The notes beneath the pieces were generated by a model. That model was not told where the DNA came from. It ran no database searches and saw only the letters and a list, made by a program, of their open reading frames with translations. Below are positions 17,873-28,320 of a stretch of DNA of 64,000 bases, piece after piece. Positions within the stretch are counted from its first letter, which is position 1; each line of letters starts with the position of its first letter. Origin of the DNA: an uncultured Chloroflexia bacterium (lineage in GTDB: Bacteria > Chloroflexota > Limnocylindria > Limnocylindrales > CSP1-4); contig CAVVNQ010000007.1 of the NCBI GenBank assembly GCA_963749705.1, positions 9,591 through 73,590 on the forward strand. Direction: 5' to 3'. The translations under genes were made by a program, and so were the position numbers.

Positions 17873-18786
17873 CAGCGGCAGTACGGCCGGAGCACGTCGC
17901 GGGCGATCAGGAAGCCCTGCTTGACCTTGTCGTCGGTTCCCTCGAACCGCCGGTCCTCGTGCTCGATGATGCAGTCGCCCTCGAACCCCTGGCGGTAGAG
18001 CTCGGAGAACACGACCGTCCAGTCGACCTCACCCAGCCCGGGGATGCGCGGGACCTGCCAGCCCATGCCCATGCTGAAGATGCCGCGCTCGTACAGCCCG
18101 TCGCGGTCGATCATCAGGTCCTTGGCCTGGTAGTGGAGGACGTGCGCCCCGAACTCCTTGAGGAACCGGCGGGTGTCGATCATCTGGAGCACGAGGTGGC
18201 TGGGGTCGAAGTTGAGCCCGATCGTGCCGCCCCACTGTTCCAGGATCCGACGCCACATCCGGGGCGTGGTTGCGATGTTGTGGCCACCCGGCCACTCGTC
18301 GTAGCTGAACAGCATCGGGCAGTTCTCGAGCGTGATCTTCCGCCCGTGGTCCTGCGCGAACTTCACGATGTCGGGCCACACCTCGAGCGCCGACTCCCAG
18401 TTCTGGTCCTCGTTCTTCGTCCCGTCGCCGCCCATGAACGTGTTGACCAGCGGCACGCCCATCTTCTCGGCCGCGGTGATGACGTGCCTGAGGTGGCCGA
18501 TCACCTGCTCGCGATGGGCGGGGTCGGGGTGGAGCGGGTTGGGGTAGTAGCCCAGGCCGGAGATCGAGAGCCCCTTGGCGGTGAGCGCGCCCACGATCTC
18601 GGTCGCCTGCGTCGCGGACAGGTTGGTCACGTCGATGTGGCTGGTGCCCGCGTAGCGCCGGGTGTCGCCGCCCGACGCCGGCCAGCACGCGATCTCGAGG
18701 ACCTCGAAACCGGCGCCGGCAGCCCAGTCGGCAACCTCCATGAGCGGCGTGTCCGGGAATGGGGCGGTCAGGAAACCGAGCTTCAT
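17872..18786 (-). CDS. Sugar phosphate isomerase/epimerase (xylose isomerase-like TIM barrel)
   Basis: MKLGFLTAPF...FEVLEIACWP...ITLENCP...NFDPSHL motifs. SD GGAGGAA 8 nt upstream of ATG 18786. Confidence 0.85.
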   Translation of the reverse strand: MKLGFLTAPFPDTPLMEVADWAAGAGFEVLEIACWPASGGDTRRYAGTSHIDVTNLSATQATEIVGALTAKGLSISGLGYYPNPLHPDPAHREQVIGHLRHVITAAEKMGVPLVNTFMGGDGTKNEDQNWESALEVWPDIVKFAQDHGRKITLENCPMLFSYDEWPGGHNIATTPRMWRRILEQWGGTIGLNFDPSHLVLQMIDTRRFLKEFGAHVLHYQAKDLMIDRDGLYERGIFSMGMGWQVPRIPGLGEVDWTVVFSELYRQGFEGDCIIEHEDRRFEGTDDKVKQGFLIARDVLRPYCR

Positions 18787-18832
18787 CGCGGCTGTTCCTC
18801 CGGGATGCGGCAGGCTGGATGGTGGTGGCTGG

Positions 18833-19993
18833 TCATGCGGGCCGGGCGATATCGACCCAGCGGCCGGTTCGGGAGCTCTCGAGCACGGCGTCGCCGACGA
18901 GCATCTCCTCATGGCCGTCGGCAAAGGTGGCGTACCTCGGCGCGGGGGACGGGCGACCGGCCAGCACGTCGTCGTAGACGGCGGTGAACACGGCGCCGAA
19001 CGTGTCGGCGAAGCCCTCGACGTGCCCGCCGGGCAGTCGCGCGGCGGCCGCTCCCGCCTCGTTCATCAGCGCAGGATTTCGGAGCAGCAGCTCGTTGGGC
19101 CGGTCGCGATGACCGATCCACAGCGAGTCCGGCTGCTCCGATTCCCACGCGACGGCGGAGGAGGAGCCGTCGATCTGGTAGGCGAGACTGTTCTTGCGGC
19201 CCGGGCTCACCTGGCTGATGGCCACGCTGCCGCGCGCGCCGCCCTCGAAGCGGAGCAGGATCGTCGCGACATCCTCGGTGTGGATGTCCACGGGGATGGT
19301 GTCCGCGGCGACCTCGGTCGAGAACGTGCGCACCGGCCCGGCGGGCTTGCGGCGGACCGGGATGAACGTCGCCAGGTCCGCCATCACCGCCTCGATGCGC
19401 AGCCCGGTGAGGAACGTGGTCAGGTCGAGCCAGTGCGATCCGATGTCGCCGACGGCCCGCAGGACCCCGCCCTGGTCCGCCTCCAGCCGCCAGTTCCAGT
19501 CCGTGTCGTACAGCAGCCAGTCCTGGAAGTAGCGTCCGGTGACCAGGCGCACGTCGCCCAGGCCGCCGTCGGCGACCATCGACGCGACGTGCTGGTTGAG
19601 CGGGTACCAGCGGATGTTGAAGTTGACGGCGTTGACCCGGCCGCTCTTCGCGGCAAGGGCGACCAGCTCGGCCGACTGCGCCGAGGTCATCGCGAGCGGC
19701 TTCTCGCACACCACGTGCCGCCCGGCGGCGAGGATCTCCCTGACCTGCGGGTGGTGGAGCTCGTTGGGCGAGGTGACATGGACGACCTGGACGGCGTCGT
19801 CGGCGAGGAGCTCGGCCAGGCTCTCGTAGGCGCGCGGGAGCCCGAGCTCCTCGGCGCGTCGCGCGCCATGCTCCGGCGAGAGCTCCAGCAGCCCCGTGAC
19901 CCGGACGCCGATCCTGCGCAGCGCCTCGATGTGCACGGTGCCGATGAAGCCGCTGCCGATGACGGCGGCGCCCATGTCACTGCGTCGCGGCAT
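18833..19993 (-). CDS. Gfo/Idh/MocA-family oxidoreductase (first gene of the operon)
   Basis: MGAAVIGSGFIGTVH Rossmann fold and VVCEKPLA motif. Start is ATG 19993 (SD GAGGAG) or ATG 19975. Confidence 0.88.
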   Translation of the reverse strand: MPRRSDMGAAVIGSGFIGTVHIEALRRIGVRVTGLLELSPEHGARRAEELGLPRAYESLAELLADDAVQVVHVTSPNELHHPQVREILAAGRHVVCEKPLAMTSAQSAELVALAAKSGRVNAVNFNIRWYPLNQHVASMVADGGLGDVRLVTGRYFQDWLLYDTDWNWRLEADQGGVLRAVGDIGSHWLDLTTFLTGLRIEAVMADLATFIPVRRKPAGPVRTFSTEVAADTIPVDIHTEDVATILLRFEGGARGSVAISQVSPGRKNSLAYQIDGSSSAVAWESEQPDSLWIGHRDRPNELLLRNPALMNEAGAAAARLPGGHVEGFADTFGAVFTAVYDDVLAGRPSPAPRYATFADGHEEMLVGDAVLESSRTGRWVDIARPA

Positions 19994-20071
19994 GCGCTGA
20001 GGTCTCCTCAAGTGGGGCGCCGTGGCCTTGGATCTCCATCGAGCACCGGTGGGCCGGCTCGCTGGGGCGCG

Positions 20072-20099
20072 ACCAGTCTATACGACTAGATAGGTGATT
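20072..20099. promoter_or_regulatory. Candidate HutC/GntR-type operator (GTCTATAC) within an AT-rich promoter patch
   Basis: accaGTCTATACgactagataggtgatt. GT-N-TA-N-AC core at 20076-20083, about 85 nt upstream of the operon start. The same 8-mer recurs at 23452. Confidence 0.45.
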
Positions 20100-20164
20100 C
20101 GCGAGGTCCACCAGCGCCATCGCCGTCGAGCCTCCGGCGGTGGCAGGCTGGCAGGTCCGGCGCC

Positions 20165-22336
20165 TCAATCCGCGGTGATGCCCGCGAGCTCGAGCATCCG
20201 CCTGGCGGTGTAGGAGGGCCCCTCCTCGCGGGTGAGCTGGGCGAGGACGTCGGCCGGCAGCTCGTTGACGATGGCGCCGTTGGGGTTGAACAGCAGGTGC
20301 TCGTCCACGGCGAGCCCGAAGTCGGACCCCTCCTTCACGGCGTGGTACAGGTTCCGGGGCCGCACCGAGTCGCCGACGTTGAGGACATGGATCCCGGCCG
20401 CCCGCAGCTCGTTGAACAGCCGGAGCTCCGGTCGCGTGTGACAGGTGACGATGTCGTCGGCGGGCACGACGGTCCGGTTGAAGTCCTTGTCCTGGAGGAC
20501 GACCTCACCGTCGCGGATCTCGGCCACGGTCGTGGACGTGATGACCGTCACCGGGTGCTTGTACGGCCGGGACTCGAGGACCTCCGCATCGCCCTGCGCG
20601 AAGCGCTTGCGGGCGACGTACATGTGGATGACCTCGCAGTCCGCGGCGAACTCGCGGTTCTCGGTCACGATCGTGACCTCGCGCCCGATGTCGGCCAGCC
20701 AGGTCGCCGTGTCGGCGGCGGCGTAGCTGTCGCCCCACAGGACGACCCGCGCGCCGAGCTTGCGCATCTTGCGCCCGCCCGGATGGCACTCGCAGGCGAC
20801 CCGGGGGCAGGCCATCGCCTCCTCGAACGGCACGACCCGCGACGTGTCGCCGACGACCGGCGGGACGTACGAGGCGGCGCCCGTCGCATTGAGCACCACG
20901 TCGAAGTCGCGCAGCTCCTCGACCCCGGGCGCGTGGTTGAGCCGGATGTCGACGCTGAGGTCGAGCAGCTGGTCCCGGATCCAGTCCAGGTACCAGCGCA
21001 TCTTCTCCTTGCCCGGGACCATGCACACGTACTTCATCGCGCCGCCGAGCTCCGCCGATCGCTCGAACAGCGTCACGACGTGGCCTCGCTCGGTGGCGAT
21101 GCGGGCGGCCTCCATCCCGGCGGGGCCGCCGCCGACGACGGCGACGCGCACCGGCTTGCCGGTCCGGCGCATGTCCGCGTAGGCCGGGTTGCCGCAGGCG
21201 GCATTGATCGAGCAGGCGATCTCCTTCTTGGCCATCAGCGATTCCTGCCAGCAGCCGCCCAGGCACGAGATGCACCTGCGGATCGACTTGACCTTTCCGT
21301 ACTGCGCCTTGACCGGCCAGTACGGATCGGCGAGGAGCTGGCGCGCGAGCCCGACGAGGTCCGTCTTGCCCTCGGCCAGGATCTGCTCGCAGTACTCGGG
21401 GTCGCGAAGCGAGTGCGAGGTGATCACGGGGATCCGCACCACCTGCTTGGTCGCCTCGGCCGCGTAGGTCGCCCAGCCCTGCGGGTACTGCATCGGGTCG
21501 AAGCCGGCACCCGGGCTCTCCTGCATGCCCTGGGACAGGTCGAGCGCGGCGACGCCGGCCCGCTCCAGCACGCGCGCGGTCTCCAGGCCCTCTTCCGTGT
21601 CGCGCCCGCCGGGGCACCACTCCTCGAACGAGTAGCGGACGAGGATGGGGTAGGCCCTGCCGCACTTCTTCTGGATGGAGTCGATCACCGCGAGGGGGAA
21701 CCGCATCCGGTTCTCGAAGCTGCCGCCGAACCGGTCGGTGCGCATGTTGAGGTACGGGCTCATGAACTCCGAGAGCAGGTACCCGTGCGCCGCGTGCAGC
21801 TCGACCGCGTCGAAGCCCGCCTGCTTGACCCGCCAGGCGGCCTCCGAGAACAGGTCGACGAGCTCCAGGATCTCGGAGATCGACGCCTCGCGGATCTCCT
21901 TGCCCTTCTCCTCCGCGTTCTCGTACACGATCTCGTGGCCCGCGGACCACGGAAGCTTGAGGACCCGGTCGGTCGCCCCCAGCGTGTTGTAGCGCGGGAT
22001 CGCGCACTGGCGACCCGGGTGCTGGAGCTGGACCGCGCACTTCGCCCCGTAGCGATGCATGCTCTCGGCGAGGCGGGCCAGGCCCGGGATGTAGTTGTCG
22101 CCGTCGGCGACCAGGCAGGTGACCGTCGGACGGCCGGTCTTCATGTCGGGCGTCGTGGCGCCCACGATGACGAACCCGGTGCCGCCGCGCGCGATGTCGG
22201 CGTGGTGGTGGATGTCGCGCTCGCTGACCTCGCCGTCGGCATGCGACGAGCTGATGTCGGTCGGGACGTGGACGATCCGGTTGGGAAGCTCGATGCTCCC
22301 CAGCTGGAGCGGGCTGAACAGGTGCGGGAAGGCCAT
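20165..22336 (-). CDS. Old-yellow-enzyme-family FMN oxidoreductase fused to an FAD/NAD(P)-binding domain (2,4-dienoyl-CoA reductase/NADH oxidase type)
   Basis: 723 aa. [35 protein letters not shown], Cys cluster [24 protein letters not shown] dinucleotide fold. Confidence 0.88.
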   Translation of the reverse strand: MAFPHLFSPLQLGSIELPNRIVHVPTDISSSHADGEVSERDIHHHADIARGGTGFVIVGATTPDMKTGRPTVTCLVADGDNYIPGLARLAESMHRYGAKCAVQLQHPGRQCAIPRYNTLGATDRVLKLPWSAGHEIVYENAEEKGKEIREASISEILELVDLFSEAAWRVKQAGFDAVELHAAHGYLLSEFMSPYLNMRTDRFGGSFENRMRFPLAVIDSIQKKCGRAYPILVRYSFEEWCPGGRDTEEGLETARVLERAGVAALDLSQGMQESPGAGFDPMQYPQGWATYAAEATKQVVRIPVITSHSLRDPEYCEQILAEGKTDLVGLARQLLADPYWPVKAQYGKVKSIRRCISCLGGCWQESLMAKKEIACSINAACGNPAYADMRRTGKPVRVAVVGGGPAGMEAARIATERGHVVTLFERSAELGGAMKYVCMVPGKEKMRWYLDWIRDQLLDLSVDIRLNHAPGVEELRDFDVVLNATGAASYVPPVVGDTSRVVPFEEAMACPRVACECHPGGRKMRKLGARVVLWGDSYAAADTATWLADIGREVTIVTENREFAADCEVIHMYVARKRFAQGDAEVLESRPYKHPVTVITSTTVAEIRDGEVVLQDKDFNRTVVPADDIVTCHTRPELRLFNELRAAGIHVLNVGDSVRPRNLYHAVKEGSDFGLAVDEHLLFNPNGAIVNELPADVLAQLTREEGPSYTARRMLELAGITAD

Positions 22337-22518
22337 GACCGGATCTCCTGGGGGGCGAGACAGATCTCGACCCCTCGATGCTGGCCCGCCCGGGGCGCCC
22401 GGGCAATGCCATCACCGGTCGATGATCTGGCAGAAGCGGCTGCGGGGCCGATGGGTCAGCACGGATTCGCTCCAAGTGGCCCTGTCCGATGTGGCTGGCT
22501 CGCTGGCACCGTCGCGGC

Positions 22519-23421
22519 ATGACCGTCTATGTCTGGCAGCAGGCGATGGACCCTGGGTTCCCGCTCGCCGTCATCGAGTACGAGGCGCATGGGGACCGCG
22601 ATCCCATGCACTGGCACGATCACCTCGAGATCGCCCTGGTGCTGGATGGCCGGGGCGCGTTCCGCTTCGGCCGGCGCTCGCTGCCGGCCCGGGCCGGCGA
22701 CCTGTTCTTCATCGACAACTCGCAGCCGCACGTCGCGGTGGCCGAGCCCGGATCGTCGATCCGCCTGCTGCTGGTCCTGTTCCGCCCGGAGCTGATCGCT
22801 GGCCCGGGTTGTCGGGAGCTGGACCTGGGCTACCTGGCGCCGTTCCGGATCGACGAGCGGACGGCATCCGCGCGGATCTGCGGCGAGACACCGCTGGCCG
22901 CCGAGCTTGCGCCCATCCTCCACGAGCTTCGCGCGACCTGGGAGCGGCACGACGCGGCGGAGCGCCACCTGGCGGATGCAACGCTCCGGCGCGTGCTCGC
23001 GCTGGTCAATCGGGCGGGCTCCGCGGGCGTGCCGTCGGCGTCCGCGCGGGCGGCCGCCGATCGTCGCGAGCAGATCCGGCCGGTCCTCGCCTACGTCGAC
23101 CGCCACTGCCGCGAGAGCATCACCCTCGACGACGTGGCCGACATCGCCCACGTGAGCACGTCGCGCGTCCGCCACGTGTTCAAGGACGTCACCGGCGTGA
23201 GCTTCAAGGAGTACGTGACGCAGGTCCGGGTCGCCGAGGCGAAGCGGCTGCTGCTTGCCAGCGACCTGTCGGTCGCCGAGATCGCCCGGGCCGTCAGCTA
23301 CACCAACCTGTACCAGTTCTACAAGGTCTTCTACCGCTCGTGCTCGATGTCGCCCGGCGAGTACCGGCGGTACTACACCCCGGCAGGCGGCGAGGCCGTG
23401 GAGGCCATCGCCCGCGCGTGA
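22519..23421 (+). CDS. AraC-family transcriptional regulator (cupin sensor + 2x HTH)
   Basis: N-terminal cupin ([12 protein letters not shown]), C-terminal [20 protein letters not shown] ... [20 protein letters not shown]. Confidence 0.9.
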   Translation: MTVYVWQQAMDPGFPLAVIEYEAHGDRDPMHWHDHLEIALVLDGRGAFRFGRRSLPARAGDLFFIDNSQPHVAVAEPGSSIRLLLVLFRPELIAGPGCRELDLGYLAPFRIDERTASARICGETPLAAELAPILHELRATWERHDAAERHLADATLRRVLALVNRAGSAGVPSASARAAADRREQIRPVLAYVDRHCRESITLDDVADIAHVSTSRVRHVFKDVTGVSFKEYVTQVRVAEAKRLLLASDLSVAEIARAVSYTNLYQFYKVFYRSCSMSPGEYRRYYTPAGGEAVEAIARA

Positions 23422-23451
23422 GACGGGCCGGGCCACGGCGCGTCCGAGGTC

Positions 23452-23462
23452 GTCTATACAAT
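23452..23462 (+). promoter_or_regulatory. Second GTCTATAC operator-like site overlapping a TACAAT -10-like hexamer
   Basis: ggtcGTCTATACAATctc. 8-mer at 23452-23459, TACAAT at 23457-23462, about 80 nt upstream of ATG 23538. Confidence 0.45.
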
Positions 23463-23537
23463 CTCAGGCGACGAACTGAATCTCGGTCCCGAACGCCCCC
23501 TGGAGGTCGACCGACGCAGCCACGAGGAGCCGACGCC

Positions 23538-24740
23538 ATGCGGACGCACGCGATCACGATCCTGGGCACCGGGTTCATCGCCGACTTCTACGCCACGACG
23601 CTGCACCGCCTGCGCAGCCATGACCGGATCCGCGTCGCGTACGCGCGCAACGAGGATCGGGGCAGGGCGTTCGGCGAGCGGTGGGGGATCCCGGACGTCA
23701 CCACGGACATGGACGCGGCCATCCGCCACCCGGAGACCGACGTGGTCGTGGTCGCCCTGCCCAACCACCTCCACGAGGAGGCGGTGACGGCCGTTGCCGC
23801 TGCCGGCAAGGCGGTCCTGTGCACGAAGCCGCTGGGCCGCAACGCCGAGGAGGCGCGCCGGATGCTGGCCGCCGTCGAGGAGGCGGGCGTGTTCGCGGGC
23901 TACCTCGAGGACCTTGCCTATACCCCGAAGTCGCTCAAGGCGGTCGCGTCCGTCCAGGCCGGCGCGCTGGGCGAGATCACGTGGGTACGGGCACGCGAGG
24001 CGCATCCGGGACCGCACAGCGCGTGGTTCTGGGACGGCCGGCTGACGGGCGGTGGCGCGATCATCGATCTCGGCTGCCACTGCATCGAGATCATCCGCAG
24101 CTTCGTCGGCAAGGGCAACCGGCCGGTCGAGGTGATGTGCCACACGGACACGCTCGTGCACCCCATCGACGACGAGGACAACGCGGTCGCGCTGATCCGG
24201 TTCGAGTCGGGGGCGCTCGGCCAGTTCGAGGTGAGCTGGACGTTCCGGGGCGGGATGGACCTGCGCGACGAGGTCGCGGGCACCGAGGGCACGATCTGGC
24301 TCAACCACTTCCTGCGGACCGGGTACGAGATGTTCACCGCCGGCGGCAGCGGCGGCTACGTGGCCGAGAAGGCCGAGACCGCCGCCGGCTGGCTGTTCCC
24401 GGTGGGCGACGAGGTGGCCGAGCTCGGCTACGTCGACATGTTCGACGACATGTTCGAGGCGATCGACGGCGGCGCGGCGCCGCGCGAGACGTTCTGGGAC
24501 GGGTACGTGGTCAACGCCGTCATGGACGCGGCCTACCGCTCGGCTCGCAGCGGCGCCTGGGCGCCGGTCGAGCTGTTCGAATGGCGTGGCGGCACGACGC
24601 CGCGGATCGCGCGCAGCCCGGAGATGCACGAGGGCAAGGTGGTCATCAAGCGCGAGGTCCTCCCCGACGGGCGCCAAAAGCTGATCCTCAAGGATCCCGC
24701 GACCGGTGACTTCATCGACCGGGTGGTCGGTGCGGCATGA
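23538..24740 (+). CDS. Gfo/Idh/MocA-family oxidoreductase
   Basis: [26 protein letters not shown]. Only the last 400 codons of ORF 22095..24740 look coding. SD-like GAGGAG upstream. Confidence 0.88.
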   Translation: MRTHAITILGTGFIADFYATTLHRLRSHDRIRVAYARNEDRGRAFGERWGIPDVTTDMDAAIRHPETDVVVVALPNHLHEEAVTAVAAAGKAVLCTKPLGRNAEEARRMLAAVEEAGVFAGYLEDLAYTPKSLKAVASVQAGALGEITWVRAREAHPGPHSAWFWDGRLTGGGAIIDLGCHCIEIIRSFVGKGNRPVEVMCHTDTLVHPIDDEDNAVALIRFESGALGQFEVSWTFRGGMDLRDEVAGTEGTIWLNHFLRTGYEMFTAGGSGGYVAEKAETAAGWLFPVGDEVAELGYVDMFDDMFEAIDGGAAPRETFWDGYVVNAVMDAAYRSARSGAWAPVELFEWRGGTTPRIARSPEMHEGKVVIKREVLPDGRQKLILKDPATGDFIDRVVGAA

Positions 24741-25966
24741 CGACCAGGCCAGCGGCACCGACCGATCGGGAGCGGCCCATGACGGCAGCCGGGACGACGA
24801 CAGCGGCACCCGCGATGACCAGCCGTGAGCGGGTCCGCGCCGCGCTCGCCCACCGCGAGGCGGACCGGATCCCGTTCGACCTCGGCGGCTCGCGGATGAC
24901 CGGCATCCACGTCCGCGCCTACGAGCGCCTGCGTCCGGCGCTCGGGCTGCCGGCCCGCGAGCCGCGGATCATCGACATCACCCAGCAGCTTGCGGACGTC
25001 GAGCCTGACGTGCTCGATGCGCTGGGCTGCGACGTCCGGGTGGTGCTGCCCCGGAGTGCGTCGTCGTACAAGCGCGAGATCCGGAACGACGGCGAGCACC
25101 TGTCGTTCGTGGACGACTGGGGCGTGACGCGGCGGATGCCGCTCAACGGTGGCTTCTACTACGACGCGCACACCCAGCCGCTCGCGGGCGAGATCGATGA
25201 CGAGGCGATCGAGCGGTTCGCGTGGCCCGATGCCGCCGACGACTCGCGCTACGCCGGGATGGCGGACGAGGCCCGCCGGTATGCGCTCGAGGAGCAGCGT
25301 GCGGTCCACGTCGGGTCGATCTGCAGCGGCGTGACCGAGGGGCTGTTCAAGCTGCGCGGGTTCGAGGACGGGTACATGGACCTCGCGGCCGAGCCGGCGC
25401 GTGCTCGGCGGCTGATGGAGCGGATCCTCGAGATCAAGCTCGAGTACTGGGGCCGCGTGCTGCCGCTCCTCGACGGCGTCGTCGATGTCGTGGGCGAGGC
25501 CGATGACCTGGGCGGTCAGGACCGGACGCTGTTCTCACCGGCCATGTACCGCTCCATGGTCAAGCCGCTCCACAAGGAGCTGTTCGCGTTCCTCCACGCG
25601 CACACCGACGCCAAGGTGTTCTTCCACTCCTGCGGCGCGATCCGGGAGCTGATCCCGGACCTGATCGAGATCGGCGTCGACGCCATCAACCCGGTCCAGG
25701 TGTCCGCCACCGGTATGGACAGCGCCGAGCTCAAGCGCGAGTTCGGGCGTGACCTGACGTTCTGGGGCGGCGGCGTGGACACCCAACGGATCCTCGGGGC
25801 GGGGTCGCCGGACGAGGTCCGGGCGGAGGTGCGCCGTCGCGTCGCCGACCTCGCGCCCGGGGGCGGGTTCGTGTTCGCGACGGTGCACAACGTGCAGCCC
25901 AACGTGCCGCCGGAGAACCTGCTTGCGATGTGGTCCGAGGTCAGGGCGGCGTCCAATGGCGACTGA
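24737..25966 (+). CDS. Uroporphyrinogen decarboxylase (URO-D) family protein, non-heme context
   Basis: [23 protein letters not shown]-terminus and a (beta/alpha)8-like remainder typical of URO-D/MtaA-like proteins. ATGA coupling to the upstream gene. Confidence 0.7.
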   Translation: MTTRPAAPTDRERPMTAAGTTTAAPAMTSRERVRAALAHREADRIPFDLGGSRMTGIHVRAYERLRPALGLPAREPRIIDITQQLADVEPDVLDALGCDVRVVLPRSASSYKREIRNDGEHLSFVDDWGVTRRMPLNGGFYYDAHTQPLAGEIDDEAIERFAWPDAADDSRYAGMADEARRYALEEQRAVHVGSICSGVTEGLFKLRGFEDGYMDLAAEPARARRLMERILEIKLEYWGRVLPLLDGVVDVVGEADDLGGQDRTLFSPAMYRSMVKPLHKELFAFLHAHTDAKVFFHSCGAIRELIPDLIEIGVDAINPVQVSATGMDSAELKREFGRDLTFWGGGVDTQRILGAGSPDEVRAEVRRRVADLAPGGGFVFATVHNVQPNVPPENLLAMWSEVRAASNGD

Positions 25967-27086
25967 GGTCGTCCGGGGCCGGCTGCTGCTCGATGGAGCG
26001 GTCGTTGCCGGTCGCCTATCGATCGAGGACGGCTGGATCGCCGGGGTCGAGCGTGACGATGACCCCGGTGCCCCCGATGCCTCCTTGTTCGCGCCCGGCT
26101 TCGTCGACGTCCACGTCCATGGCTGGGGCGGCCACGACGCCACCGGCGACGCCACCGCGCTGTCGGGGATGGCCAGGGCACTGCTGCGTCGCGGAGTCAC
26201 CTCGTTCCTGCCCACCGCGCCGACGCTCGCGGTCGAGGAGCTGCCGCGGTTCGCGGATCGGGTGCGGCGGTGGATGCCCGGCGCCCCCGCCGACGGCGCG
26301 GAGCCGCTGGGGTTCAACCTCGAAGGGCCGCTGCTCGCACCGGCGCGCAAGGGCGCCCACGACCCTGAGCTGCTGCGTGCGCCGGCGGCGCTCGACGAGG
26401 CGACGATCGCGGCGATCCTGGACGGTCTTCGCGTGATCACCATCGCGCCCGAGCTGCCGGGTGCGCCGGCCCTGATCGAGCGGCTCGCGGCGCTGGGCGT
26501 TGCGGCATCGATGGGTCACTCCGCCGCGACGCTGGACGAGGCGCGGGCCGGGTATCGCGCCGGCGCCCGGACGACGACCCACCTGTTCAACGCGATGACC
26601 GGCGTCGACCACCGGGCACCCGGCCTCGCCGTCGCGGCGCTGACCGATGACGAGGCGTTCGTGGAGCTGATCGCCGACGGCCACCACGTCCATCCCTCCC
26701 TGTGGCCGATCATCACGCGGACCAAGCCGGCCGGTCGGGTGATCCTGGTCAGCGACGCGCTGCCGCTGGCCGGGGTGGGCGATGGGCGGACCATCGTGGG
26801 CGGGCTGGCGGTGGACGTGGTCGACGGCCGGGCGACGCTGGCCGGGACGACGACCCTCGCCGGGTCGACGATCGCGCTCGACACCGCGGTGCGGAACCTC
26901 GTCGCGTCGGGGATCGCGCTCTCCCTGGCGCTCGCGGCCGCCTCGGCCAACCCGGTCGACCTGCTCGGGCTGACGGACCGGGGGCGGATCGCCGTGGGCC
27001 GGCGCGCCCACCTGGTGGAGCTCGATGCCGCGCTACGGGTGCGCCGGGTGACCCGCGGCGCCGGCTGGATCGACGGCGCCGGCTGA
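25956..27086 (+). CDS. nagA: N-acetylglucosamine-6-phosphate deacetylase-like amidohydrolase
   Basis: FVDVHVHGWGGHD, SMGHSAAT, HLFNAM, ADGHHVHP, LVSDAL motifs match the NagA metal/substrate motifs. Confidence 0.8.
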   Translation: MATEVVRGRLLLDGAVVAGRLSIEDGWIAGVERDDDPGAPDASLFAPGFVDVHVHGWGGHDATGDATALSGMARALLRRGVTSFLPTAPTLAVEELPRFADRVRRWMPGAPADGAEPLGFNLEGPLLAPARKGAHDPELLRAPAALDEATIAAILDGLRVITIAPELPGAPALIERLAALGVAASMGHSAATLDEARAGYRAGARTTTHLFNAMTGVDHRAPGLAVAALTDDEAFVELIADGHHVHPSLWPIITRTKPAGRVILVSDALPLAGVGDGRTIVGGLAVDVVDGRATLAGTTTLAGSTIALDTAVRNLVASGIALSLALAAASANPVDLLGLTDRGRIAVGRRAHLVELDAALRVRRVTRGAGWIDGAG

Positions 27087-27314
27087 CGTTCGTTCGCCGG
27101 GTCGCGGGAGAGCTGATCCCCCGGCTGGGTGCGACTCACGGGGCGCATCAAGGGTGGTGCCAGCCTTGTGGTTTGGGGCCGTCAGGCCGCGCTACGGGCG
27201 TCACGCTGGCCGCCGGAGACCTGCCTGATGCGCTGCGTGAGTCAAGGGCCCCGGGGGCCTGTGCGGCAAGACGAGCTCGGCCTTGTTTTCTGACGATCAC
27301 GCCCAGGGCGCTGC

Positions 27315-27566
27315 CTATCGGACGACACCGGCGACCCGATCTCGAACGTCCGCTCCGGGTTCGTCGGGGGTCCAGCGCAGGATGTCGCCCGGCTGGCAAT
27401 CGAGGACCCGGCAGATCGCGTCGAGGGTTGTGAACCGGATCGCCCTGGCACGCCCGTTCTTCAACACGGCGACGTTCGCGGGGGTGATGCCAACGGCCGC
27501 AGCGAAGTCGCCCACGGACATCTTCCGGCGGGCCAGCATGACGTCCAGGTCCACAACGAGGGCCAT
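27315..27566 (-). CDS. Small XRE/Cro-type HTH regulator (YozG-like)
   Basis: LDVMLARRKMSVGDFAAAVGITPANVAVLKNGRARAIRFTTLDAICRVLDCQPGDIL. ATGA overlap with the upstream DUF2975-like gene. Confidence 0.85.
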   Translation of the reverse strand: MALVVDLDVMLARRKMSVGDFAAAVGITPANVAVLKNGRARAIRFTTLDAICRVLDCQPGDILRWTPDEPGADVRDRVAGVVR

Positions 27567-28042
27567 CAGATCACCTCGTCGAGCTCGGCTCGATCGGCGA
27601 CTGCCGCCATGAGCAGGCCCCGCATGAGGACCATGAGCAGCACGAACGCGAGGCCCGCGGCGATGCAGCCGCCGAGGTAGTAGACCATCGGTCCGCCACC
27701 ACCGGGCACGACGGCGAGCATGTGGATCAGGACCAGGCCTGCCAGGGACGTGGCGACCGCCCCGCAGGTCACGATCAGATCGACCCAGCGCACGGCCCGG
27801 CGCGTGAAGATGGTCCCGTCGTCCACGAGCGACAGCAACCGCCAGGTGGCGAGCAGCGCCACCTGGCCGCATCCGATGAACAGGATCGCGGCCAGGGAGT
27901 ATGGGACGACGAGGTGGGCAACCTCAGGGAACCGCGCCCCGACCTCGGACGCGTAGACCGGCACGAGGATCTGCGCGAGCACGGACCCGAGAAGGAGCAC
28001 GAGGAGGGCGACGCGCAGTAGGTGACTCGGGAGCTTCTTCAT
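27566..28042 (-). CDS. DUF2975-like four-TM membrane protein
   Basis: 158 aa, four hydrophobic spans, with the usual pairing to a YozG-type HTH gene. Confidence 0.7.
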   Translation of the reverse strand: MKKLPSHLLRVALLVLLLGSVLAQILVPVYASEVGARFPEVAHLVVPYSLAAILFIGCGQVALLATWRLLSLVDDGTIFTRRAVRWVDLIVTCGAVATSLAGLVLIHMLAVVPGGGGPMVYYLGGCIAAGLAFVLLMVLMRGLLMAAVADRAELDEVI

Positions 28043-28320
28043 CTATCGAGCATCGATCTGTTTCAATCGACTGTCAATAGTCCGGTCGGCACGCGGATGC
28101 TGACCGCCACCACAATTCCTGCCGCACGTGGCCCGGGGGTTCTCTACCCCGTGGGGCGGTTGCGACCACAACGAACCCAGTCACGCCGGCAGGACGCAGC
28201 CGCCACCCGTCGCAGCGTGGACAACAGGCGCGGAGGGAGCCCGAGCCGAGCCTGGGTGCGCGATGATGACGCCGTCCGCCGCAGGGTTGAGGCAGCCGGG
28301 ACAGCCAGGGAGGATCGAGG

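Noticed and set aside
22095-23537. N-terminal 480 codons of the 881-aa ORF 22095..24740
   Set aside because: This part overlaps the OYE gene end and the whole AraC gene in another frame. It is R/P/G-rich. Real coding sequence starts at ATG 23538 behind an SD-like GAGGAG.
27087-27314. Possible terminator or small element after nagA-like (gggccccgggggcc palindrome, ggccttgttttct)
   Set aside because: The stems are short and imperfect. I could not draw a convincing hairpin plus U-tract. It is left as plain intergenic sequence.
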